64,000 nt of DNA, taken from assembly GCA_903936705.1 (NCBI GenBank), contig CAIZWN010000068.1, forward strand, positions 105,680 through 169,679. Direction: 5' to 3'. The position numbers and the translations under genes were made by a program. Shown one piece after another: positions 48,303-55,862 of the stretch (the stretch's first letter is position 1; each line of letters opens with the position of its first letter). The notes under the pieces are model-generated. The model saw only the letters and a program-made list of their open reading frames with translations, made no database searches and was not told the DNA's origin. The DNA comes from an uncultured Myxococcales bacterium (GTDB lineage Bacteria > Myxococcota_A > UBA9042 > DTJE01).

Positions 48303-48938
48303 GTGAAGCTGGTCTGCGGGCTCGGCAACCCGGGCGCGTGCTATGCCCGGACGCGGCACAACGTGGGCTTCATGGCCGTCGAGGCCTTTGTTGGCCCTCT
48401 GTCTGCAGTGTTCGGCGAGCGGTGGCAGGCTCGAACGGCAATCGTCTCGCCCGGTGGCGTAGACGTGCTGCTGGTGCTGCCGCAGACGTTCATGAACCTG
48501 TCCGGCCTCGCAGTCGATGCGGCGGCAAGGTTCTTTTCAGTCGAACCGATCGATGTGCTGGTTGTGCATGACGACGTCGATCTCCCGCTGGGCCGCGTGC
48601 AGGTCAAGATGGGGGGCGGCGACGGCGGGCACAACGGGATCCGCTCGATCATCGAGGTAATGGGCACCCCGGATTTTCCCCGCATTCGCGTGGGGGTGGG
48701 GCGCCCGGATGACGCGGAACCCGACATGGTGAACCACGTGCTTTCTCCGTTTCGTACGGAGGAGCTGTCGGTTCTCGACGAGGCCCTGAAGCAGGCCGTC
48801 GAGGGAATTAGGGAGTGGGTCGTCGGGGGGGTCCCGAAGGCCCAGAACCGGGTGAACCGCAGGGTTCGCCCGGCGAAGCCTTCTTGCCCGGGGGACGAAA
48901 GCCACCCCGGGCCGCAAGACCGGAAGGAGGTTGAATGA
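48303..48938 (+). CDS. pth: Peptidyl-tRNA hydrolase
   Basis: GLGNPG..Y..TRHNVGF, PQTFMNLSG, HDDVD, GGHNG. Confidence 0.96.
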   Translation: MKLVCGLGNPGACYARTRHNVGFMAVEAFVGPLSAVFGERWQARTAIVSPGGVDVLLVLPQTFMNLSGLAVDAAARFFSVEPIDVLVVHDDVDLPLGRVQVKMGGGDGGHNGIRSIIEVMGTPDFPRIRVGVGRPDDAEPDMVNHVLSPFRTEELSVLDEALKQAVEGIREWVVGGVPKAQNRVNRRVRPAKPSCPGDESHPGPQDRKEVE

Positions 48939-49474
48939 GTGCCGAGAGGAAATTCACGAAGTACGAGACTGTGATCGTCACTCGTACGGACGCGGGGCAG
49001 GAAGCCCAGAAGCGCCTGTACGAGAAGATCCAGGAACTCGTGCAAAAGGTCGAGGGGCATCATCTCCGCTTCGAGCTATGGGGCAAGCGGCGATTGGCGT
49101 TCCCGATCAAGAAGTGCCTGAAGGGTGTCTACCTTTACCATGTGTTCCTTTCGGGGGACACGTTCATCCGGGACCTTAACCGGATGCTGAAGCTGAACCC
49201 CATCGTTCTTCGCTACATGACCATCGTTCTGCAGAACGACATCGACCTGGCCACGTTCGATTTCGAGAAGGAGCGTCTGTTCGACAGCCTCCCGACCGAC
49301 TCGGATGACCAGGGGGATCGCTCGCGTTCGACCACCGGCTGGGACTCCGAGTTCCAGGGCCGCGGCGAGGGCAAGCCGGATTCCGAGGATGACGACGACG
49401 AGGACGACGAGGACGAGGAAGGCGGCGAGCGTCGGAAGGGCAAGGGCCGCGACGAGGACGACGAGGAGGAATAG
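48935..49474 (+). CDS. rpsF: 30S ribosomal protein S6 with a long acidic tail
   Basis: YETVIV, WGKRRLAFPIKK, VLRYM; upstream of rpsR. Confidence 0.93.
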   Translation: MSAERKFTKYETVIVTRTDAGQEAQKRLYEKIQELVQKVEGHHLRFELWGKRRLAFPIKKCLKGVYLYHVFLSGDTFIRDLNRMLKLNPIVLRYMTIVLQNDIDLATFDFEKERLFDSLPTDSDDQGDRSRSTTGWDSEFQGRGEGKPDSEDDDDEDDEDEEGGERRKGKGRDEDDEEE

Positions 49475-49477
49475 ATC

Positions 49478-49750
49478 ATGCGCAGTACGCGACCCGACAA
49501 GGGTACCGACAAGAAGAAGCGCCGCGGACCGCCGCGCCGGAAGGTTTGCCCCTTCTGCGCGGACAAGAACGCGCGAATTGACTACAAGAATCCGGCGGCC
49601 CTCAAGCGGCTGGTGACCGAGCGCGGCAAGATCGTGCCTCGCCGTATTTCGGGCGTGTGTGCCCGTCACCAGAGGCAGGTCGCCCTGGCCATCAAGCGGG
49701 CGCGCCACATCGCCCTGATGCCGTACGCCGCCACCGGCGCTGCGGCGTGA
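49478..49750 (+). CDS. rpsR: 30S ribosomal protein S18 (Zn-binding type)
   Basis: [29 protein letters not shown]. Confidence 0.97.
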   Translation: MRSTRPDKGTDKKKRRGPPRRKVCPFCADKNARIDYKNPAALKRLVTERGKIVPRRISGVCARHQRQVALAIKRARHIALMPYAATGAAA

Positions 49751-49769
49751 TAAGGGAGGAGGTGGAGCA

Positions 49770-50213
49770 ATGAAAGTAATTCTAAGCCAGGACGTTGAAC
49801 AGGTTGGAAAGGCCGGAACTGTCCTGGAAGTCGCCGATGGGTTTGGTCGCAACTATCTGATCCCCCGTGGGTTTGCCTTGCCGGCGACGGCCAGGTCCAT
49901 CAACCAGGTGGAACACCAGAAGCGTATCGTGGCCGATCAGATTGCCAAGAACCGCAAGGATGCGGAGGGTCTGAAGGCGCGTCTGGAGGACGTGGCGTGC
50001 AAGATTACGCGTGAGGCCGGCGAGGAGGACAAGCTCTTCGGGTCGGTCACGGTGCGTGACATCGCGGACGTTCTTGCGGAAGAAGGCTTCGAGATCGATC
50101 ACAGAAAGGTGATCCTGGACCAGCCGATCAAGCACCTGGGCGTGTTTACCGTCGAGGTGAAGCTGGCCACCGATGTTGTGGCAAAGGTCAAGGTCTGGGT
50201 CGTCGCGAAGTGA
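49770..50213 (+). CDS. rplI: 50S ribosomal protein L9
   Basis: MKVIL, VADGFGRNYLIPRG, KLFGSVT. Confidence 0.97.
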   Translation: MKVILSQDVEQVGKAGTVLEVADGFGRNYLIPRGFALPATARSINQVEHQKRIVADQIAKNRKDAEGLKARLEDVACKITREAGEEDKLFGSVTVRDIADVLAEEGFEIDHRKVILDQPIKHLGVFTVEVKLATDVVAKVKVWVVAK

Positions 50214-51025
50214 CGCTCCCCCGCGTTCTGGTTCCAGATCGGGCCGTGCGGTCCGGCTGGGACGTCGTGCCTTCCGTTGCTACACTGCATCATCTTTGCG
50301 TGGTTTTGAGGTTGAAACCTGGTGATGGAGTCCTTCTCGTCGACAAGGATGGGGTCGCCTGGGATGCAGTGCTTGTTTCCGGTCCTGAAGGCAGCTTGCT
50401 GCGGGTTGGCGACAGGTCCAGCAGCGAGCGGGTGGTAAGGCAGGCGGTCCGATGGACCCTTGTTCTTGCGCTGCTGAAAGGCGACCGAACCGAGTGGGCA
50501 ATCCAGAAAGCCACCGAGGCGGGAGTGGCCGACGTGGTTATCGTGGTGTGCGACAGGTCGGTCCCCAGGCCAGCGGGCCAGGATTCAGGGCGCCGTACCG
50601 AACGTCTGCGCAAGGTGGCAATCGAGGCGACCAGGCAGACTGGTCGAGCCTCTCCGCCGAAGGTTGACCTGGTCTTTTCGGTTGATGAAGCAATGCAAGT
50701 GCTGGCTGCTGACGACATGCTGGTTGGGGACAGTCCGGAGATGTCAGTTCCCTTGCCAGAGTCTCTTGGTCTCGTCCGGCCGCGTTATGTCTTGGACGAG
50801 ACACCCGGCACTTTATCGCTGGCAAAGTTGCTTGCCGCAGGGCAATCTGCCGGTGGTGCGGTACTGGCGGTCGGTCCCGAGGGTTCTTTTTCGGATCGCG
50901 AGCACGCCTTGTTGTCGTCAGTTGGGTTTGTTCGCGCTGGCCTGGGGCCAAGGGTGCTGCGCGCCGAAACGGCGGCAATCACCGCGGTCATTGTTGCCCA
51001 GACAGTCGTTGGCGACATGAAATAG
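50210..51025 (+). CDS. rsmE: 16S rRNA m3U1498 methyltransferase RsmE
   Basis: HHLCVVLRL, IQKATEAGV, VGPEGSF, LGPRVLRAETA. Confidence 0.93.
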   Translation: MTLPRVLVPDRAVRSGWDVVPSVATLHHLCVVLRLKPGDGVLLVDKDGVAWDAVLVSGPEGSLLRVGDRSSSERVVRQAVRWTLVLALLKGDRTEWAIQKATEAGVADVVIVVCDRSVPRPAGQDSGRRTERLRKVAIEATRQTGRASPPKVDLVFSVDEAMQVLAADDMLVGDSPEMSVPLPESLGLVRPRYVLDETPGTLSLAKLLAAGQSAGGAVLAVGPEGSFSDREHALLSSVGFVRAGLGPRVLRAETAAITAVIVAQTVVGDMK

Positions 51026-51034
51026 GGATCTGGA

Positions 51035-51529
51035 ATGGAACTGAGAGTCGCCACACTGACCCGTCGGCTGGCAGCAGGTCTGCTGGATCTGGTGCCGGTT
51101 GCCGCCCTCGCGGCCGGCGTGGTGCTTTGGTGGCTGCAGCGACATCCCGGCTATCTGCCGCCGCGGTATTGGAACGGTCTTGATTATCTGGTTGATCTCG
51201 TGAATACCAGGCCGGAGCTTTCAGTGCTGGCGGTGGTTTCCTTTGCAGTCTGCTACGTGTCCTGGGAGACGGTTTGGACCGCCTGTATTGGGGCGGCGCC
51301 GGTTGCCCGTGTGCTTGGGATCAGGATAGTTTCGACGCCGGGACGCCGTATCGGGTTCGTCAGGGCGCTAGTCAGGGCGATTTTGTCCCTGCTGCTGGCA
51401 GTTGCTGCGGGTATCGGCCCGGCCTGGGCGTTGATCAGCGGACGCCGGCGAATGCTGCATGATATACTCTGCGGCTGCTTGGCGGCCGAAGGTCCGCTGC
51501 CCGCCTCCTCGAGGATCGAGGAGGAATGA
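51035..51529 (+). CDS. RDD-family membrane protein
   Basis: RRLAAGLLD...ARVLGIRIV...RRMLHDIL. Confidence 0.85.
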   Translation: MELRVATLTRRLAAGLLDLVPVAALAAGVVLWWLQRHPGYLPPRYWNGLDYLVDLVNTRPELSVLAVVSFAVCYVSWETVWTACIGAAPVARVLGIRIVSTPGRRIGFVRALVRAILSLLLAVAAGIGPAWALISGRRRMLHDILCGCLAAEGPLPASSRIEEE

Positions 51530-51548
51530 CACCAAAGAGGTGAATCGC

Positions 51549-52397
51549 ATGAAATACCCCCGATTTGACGTCGGCATGTCGGTAGTGCTGCCTGCAGCTT
51601 TTCTTTCGGCAATTCTGGCCGTATCGACCGCGATGGGGGCGAATCCGCTTCCGCCGCGCGTGCCAGGTGGGCGCGAGGTACCGGCAGAGTCCGGCATTCA
51701 GTCGTACAAGGGCAAACTGGTTGATGAGGCCAGCAAGCCGATCAGTGGGATTTTCCCGATGACCTTCGACCTTTACGCCGGACTCAAGTCGAAGAAATCC
51801 GTATGGTCCGAGACCATGTGGGTGGCCGTGGATCGCGGTATCTACACGGTTCACCTTGGGGCGTCTAAACCCCTGCCATCCCGATCGGACCTGGACCGGA
51901 TGGTCCTGGGCGTAAACGTACGAGGTGTGGGTGAACTGGTGCGCGAACCATTCGTCCCAGCCGATCTTCGTCCGCCTGTGCTGACGGCAGGTTCCCTGCG
52001 CGGGGCGATTCCATCGTCGATGCCTGCCAGCGGAGGGCCGTCCGCTGGGCCTTCAGGCAAAGCCGCGGCTGGCGGTGCCGCGAAGTATGCCGACACCGCC
52101 GGGTATGCAGTCGAGGCCGACCATGCGAAAAACAGCGACCGTCTTTCGAACCTGACATTGGACGAGGTTGTAAAGCGTGCCGCCGACGAGGCGGGGGGCG
52201 GTTCTGGTGGCGGGGGAGCAGCAGGCGGCAAGCTTCGTATCGGGGCATCCAAGCGATATGGCGGCCGGATTGGCGGAAGCGGTGGCACTGCCGAGTACAA
52301 CGAGTCCTGTCCGAAGGGCTTCGTGATGACGGGTATTCGTGGTGGTTTCGGGAACATGATCGATTCCGTCCAGATAATCTGTTCGCCTCTAGAGTGA
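51549..52397 (+). CDS. Secreted fibre/adhesin-like protein with a jacalin-like C-terminal motif
   Basis: Signal peptide; SYKGKLVD..KPISG..MTFDLY..VWSET..V..GIYTVHLG; YADTAGYAVEADHA; GGSGG..CPKGFVMTGIRG..IDSVQIIC. Confidence 0.6.
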   Translation: MKYPRFDVGMSVVLPAAFLSAILAVSTAMGANPLPPRVPGGREVPAESGIQSYKGKLVDEASKPISGIFPMTFDLYAGLKSKKSVWSETMWVAVDRGIYTVHLGASKPLPSRSDLDRMVLGVNVRGVGELVREPFVPADLRPPVLTAGSLRGAIPSSMPASGGPSAGPSGKAAAGGAAKYADTAGYAVEADHAKNSDRLSNLTLDEVVKRAADEAGGGSGGGGAAGGKLRIGASKRYGGRIGGSGGTAEYNESCPKGFVMTGIRGGFGNMIDSVQIICSPLE

Positions 52398-52447
52398 AAC
52401 TGGTTCATCAGGGAAGGTCCATGCCGGGCGCCCCGAAGGAGGATCAC

Positions 52448-54220
52448 ATGACCGAGGATCGAAGAACGCATACGTGCGGGGACCTGCGATTGGCCGACGC
52501 AGGGCGTGACGTCCTGTTGATGGGTTGGGCGGCCAGTGTTCGGGATCACGGAGGCTGCGTTTTCATCAACCTGCGGGACCGTTACGGCATTACGCAGATC
52601 AAGGCAGATCAGACGGTAGCGCCCGAGGCTTTTTCGCTTGCTACGGGCATCAAGATGGAATCGGTGGTGCGCGTTCATGGGCGCGTTGCTGATCGTGGGT
52701 CGAATCGGAACCCCAATCTTGCGACCGGCGAAATCGAAATCGAGGCTGCGTTCCTGGAGGTTCTGAACCCGGCCAAGCCGGTGCCTTTCACCATCGTCGA
52801 TGATGTCGATGCTTCCGAGGTGACGCGGCTGAACTACAGGTACTTGGACCTTCGCCGGCCGGTGCTTGCGAAGAATCTGATCTTGCGCTCGAAGGTTGCT
52901 CGCTTGACCAGGGAATTCCTGGACGCGCAGGGCTTTCTGGAGATCGAGACGCCCATCCTGTGCAACCCGACTCCCGAAGGCGCCCGCGACTTCCTGGTTC
53001 CGTCGCGGGTGCATCCGGGGGACTTCTACGCCTTGCCGCAATCCCCGCAGACCTACAAGCAGATCCTCATGGTTGCGGGCTTCGACCGGTACTACCAGAT
53101 TGCGCGCTGTTTCCGTGACGAGGACCTGCGTGCCGACCGCCAACCCGAGTTCACGCAAATCGACATGGAGGTGTCGTTCGCGACGCCGGAATTGATGTAC
53201 GAATTGATCGAGGGAATGCTGGCTACCATCTGGAAGGGCGTGTTCGACCTTGACCTTCAGCGGCCTTTCCCGCGCATGCCGTATTCCGAGGCCATGGAAA
53301 AGTACGGTTGCGACAAGCCTGACTTGCGGTTCGGTATGCCCATGGTGACGATTACCGACGTGGTCGCCGCTTCGGGCTTCAAGGTGTTTGCGGACGTTGC
53401 GGCGCGCGATGGCGTGGTGACGGCCTTGCGTGTGCCCGATGCCGAATCGTTCAGCCGCAAGGATCTGGATGGCCTGACCAAGGTGGCGACGGACAATGGC
53501 GCCAAGGGGCTTGCCTGGTTCAAGATCGGCGCGGAGGAGTGGTCTGGGTCAGCTGCCAAATTCCTGAATCCGGAAGAAAAGCAGGCGATTCGTGACAGAA
53601 CCGGTGCCGGCGTGGGCGATCTGCTGCTGGTGGTTGCCGACGACGCTGGTCCGGCCCGCCAGGCCCTCGGCGCAGTGCGGCTGAAGGTCGGGGATCGCCT
53701 TGGGCTGCGTGAAGCCGGGAAGTGGTCGTTCCTGTGGGTCGAAAACTTTCCGATGTTCGAGTGGGATGCCGGCGAGAATCGGCCCGTCGCTGTCCACCAC
53801 CCGTTCACCAGTTGCGTGCCCGAGGACCTGGACCTGCTGGAGACCCAGCCTCTGAAAATGCGGGCGCGGGCCTACGACGTGATCCTGAACGGGACCGAAC
53901 TTGGAGGCGGGTCGATAAGGATTCATAGACGCGATGTGCAGGCGCGGGTTTTCAAGGCATTGGGACTGACCGAGGAGGCCGCCAAGACCAAGTTCGGGTT
54001 CCTTCTGGAGGCGTTCGAGTACGGGGCTCCGCCGCACGGTGGCATTGCCCTTGGTCTGGATAGGTTGATCATGCTGCTGACGGGCGCGTCTTCCATCCGC
54101 GACGTCATAGCGTTCCCGAAGACCACCAGCGCCACGGACCTCATGACGGCATCCCCGTCGGCGGTTGATCCCGGGCAGTTGCGCGACCTTCATCTCGAGA
54201 TCAGCAAGTCCAGCAAGTAG
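52448..54220 (+). CDS. aspS: Aspartate--tRNA ligase (RDHGG suggests the non-discriminating type)
   Basis: RTHTCG, YRYLDLRR, PEGARDF, LPQSPQ, CFRDEDLRADRQPEFTQ, GAPPHGG, IRDVIAFPK. Confidence 0.97.
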   Translation: MTEDRRTHTCGDLRLADAGRDVLLMGWAASVRDHGGCVFINLRDRYGITQIKADQTVAPEAFSLATGIKMESVVRVHGRVADRGSNRNPNLATGEIEIEAAFLEVLNPAKPVPFTIVDDVDASEVTRLNYRYLDLRRPVLAKNLILRSKVARLTREFLDAQGFLEIETPILCNPTPEGARDFLVPSRVHPGDFYALPQSPQTYKQILMVAGFDRYYQIARCFRDEDLRADRQPEFTQIDMEVSFATPELMYELIEGMLATIWKGVFDLDLQRPFPRMPYSEAMEKYGCDKPDLRFGMPMVTITDVVAASGFKVFADVAARDGVVTALRVPDAESFSRKDLDGLTKVATDNGAKGLAWFKIGAEEWSGSAAKFLNPEEKQAIRDRTGAGVGDLLLVVADDAGPARQALGAVRLKVGDRLGLREAGKWSFLWVENFPMFEWDAGENRPVAVHHPFTSCVPEDLDLLETQPLKMRARAYDVILNGTELGGGSIRIHRRDVQARVFKALGLTEEAAKTKFGFLLEAFEYGAPPHGGIALGLDRLIMLLTGASSIRDVIAFPKTTSATDLMTASPSAVDPGQLRDLHLEISKSSK

Positions 54221-54253
54221 TCCCGGTTCACCCGCCGTAGGTCCTGACGACTG
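54220..54253. repeat. 34-bp direct repeat, copy 1 (GTCCCGGTTCACCCGCCGTAGGTCCTGACGACTG)
   Basis: Identical to 55829..55862. Confidence 0.95.
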
Positions 54254-54317
54254 CGCATACCGCTTCCCAACGCAGTTGCAGCGTCACGCTCCAGCGGCCA
54301 TCAAACACGACGCACTC
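54228..54317 (-). pseudogene. Remnant 3' end of a YfhO-type gene
   Basis: Translates ...LQLRWEAVCAVVRTYGG* versus ...ILRWETLSSVVRTYGG* in the intact gene; in-frame TGA upstream. Confidence 0.75.
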
Positions 54318-54342
54318 TCAGCCCCTTGCCGCATCCGGGCTG

Positions 54343-54372
54343 TTGAGTAAACTTGCTTAGTACATTGAGCAA
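54343..54372. promoter_or_regulatory. AT-rich inverted repeat upstream of the AAA ATPase gene
   Basis: TTGCTTA-GTACAT-TGAGCAA plus an extra TTGAGTAA half-site. Confidence 0.45.
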
Positions 54373-54386
54373 AATGCGGAGAGTCC

Positions 54387-55583
54387 ATGCAACTACCGGA
54401 ATTCAAGCGAGAAGCCTTTGTCCAGCTTTGCCGGCGACTGGCCGAACCCAGACGCTTCTTGCAGGCACTCACGGGGCCCCGGCAGGTGGGCAAGACCACG
54501 CTGGTGCTGCAGGTGGTGAACGACCTGGGTCTGCCTTACCACTACGTCTCGGCAGATCTCCCCGCGCCGCCCGGACCGGAGTGGGTGGCCGTCCACTGGG
54601 ACCAGGCCCGGCGCACCGCGGGCCAGTCGGGGACGTGCGTGCTGGTGCTGGACGAAGTGCAAAAGGTCGATCGTTGGTCGGAGGTGGTCAAGGCGCATTG
54701 GGACGAGGACGCCCGGGAAGGGCGGGATGTTCGCGTGGTTCTTCTTGGATCTGCCGCATTGATGGTCCAGCACGGGCTGGCCGAAAGCCTGGCGGGCCGG
54801 TTCGAGTTGCTGACATTGCCGCACTGGTCCTTCGCGGAATGTGAGGCGTGCTTCGGGTGGGACCTGGACCGGTACCTTTACTTTGGGGGGTATCCCGGGG
54901 CCGCGACCTTGGCGGGCGAGGAGGACCGTTGGGCAGCGCACGTGCGCGACGCACTGATTGAAACGACCCTTTCGCGGGATGTGCTGATGCTGAACCCGGT
55001 CCACAAGCCGGCGTTGCTGCGACGGATGTTCGCTACGGCCTGTGCCTACGGGGGGCAGATCCTCAGTTATCAGAAGCTTGTCGGCCAGTTGCAGGATGCC
55101 GGAAACACCACGACGCTGGCCCACTACCAGCGCCTTTTCGAGGCGGCCCACCTATTGGTCGGCGTGCCGAAGTGGCACGGTCTATCCACCCCGGTGCGGG
55201 CTTCGTCGCCGAAGTGGCTGCCGCTGAATACGGCCCTAATGACGGCGGCCTCGCGGCGCTCTTTTGATGCCTGGCGCGAGAATCACGAGGCCTGGGGCCG
55301 GTTGGTCGAGGTGGCCGTCGGGGCGCACATCGTGAACACGGGACATCACGATGGTCTCGCTGTCCATTATTGGCGCGAGGGCAACGATGAGGTGGATTTC
55401 GTGGTGGTGCGCAATGGGGTCCTGTGGGCGATCGAGGTGAAGAGCGGCCCGGCAAAGGACCCATTCCGCGGCTTGAAGGTGTTTGCGCGACGCTATCCAG
55501 GCACGCGCACGCTTCTGGTGGGGCCGGGTGGGGTCCCGTTGCAGGAATTCCTTTGCAGGCCGATCGGCGCGACGCTTCGATGA
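54387..55583 (+). CDS. AAA_14 ATPase + DUF4143 (PD-(D/E)xK-like C-terminus)
   Basis: GPRQVGKTT, LDEVQ, LGSA, ESLAGR, GGYP, YWR..DEVDFVV..IEVKSG. Confidence 0.92.
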   Translation: MQLPEFKREAFVQLCRRLAEPRRFLQALTGPRQVGKTTLVLQVVNDLGLPYHYVSADLPAPPGPEWVAVHWDQARRTAGQSGTCVLVLDEVQKVDRWSEVVKAHWDEDAREGRDVRVVLLGSAALMVQHGLAESLAGRFELLTLPHWSFAECEACFGWDLDRYLYFGGYPGAATLAGEEDRWAAHVRDALIETTLSRDVLMLNPVHKPALLRRMFATACAYGGQILSYQKLVGQLQDAGNTTTLAHYQRLFEAAHLLVGVPKWHGLSTPVRASSPKWLPLNTALMTAASRRSFDAWRENHEAWGRLVEVAVGAHIVNTGHHDGLAVHYWREGNDEVDFVVVRNGVLWAIEVKSGPAKDPFRGLKVFARRYPGTRTLLVGPGGVPLQEFLCRPIGATLR

Positions 55584-55828
55584 GGGCGTCCAAGGCTTTC
55601 GGATATTTGGGCCGCGTGGCTCCGCTTTTTTTACTCCCTGACGCAGCTACGAGTCTTGACGCAATTGCGGGATTAGTCGCACCGAACCATCTCCCCAACC
55701 GGAGTTCTCGAGTGGACGACGCTCCACTCCAGAAAGAGCCTCTGGCAGAAATCGACGTCGCTACGGCGGCTTCCGTGAGTGATCCCCAGGCGCTTCGTCA
55801 GGTTATGATTTCAGTGCGTTTGCCAACC

Positions 55829-55862
55829 GTCCCGGTTCACCCGCCGTAGGTCCTGACGACTG
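55829..55862. repeat. 34-bp direct repeat, copy 2, spanning the stop codon of the YfhO-type gene
   Basis: Identical to 54220..54253. Confidence 0.95.

Noticed and set aside
54254-55828. IS element or prophage between the direct repeats
   Set aside because: No transposase, integrase, terminal inverted repeats or phage genes; kept only as an att-like islet hypothesis.
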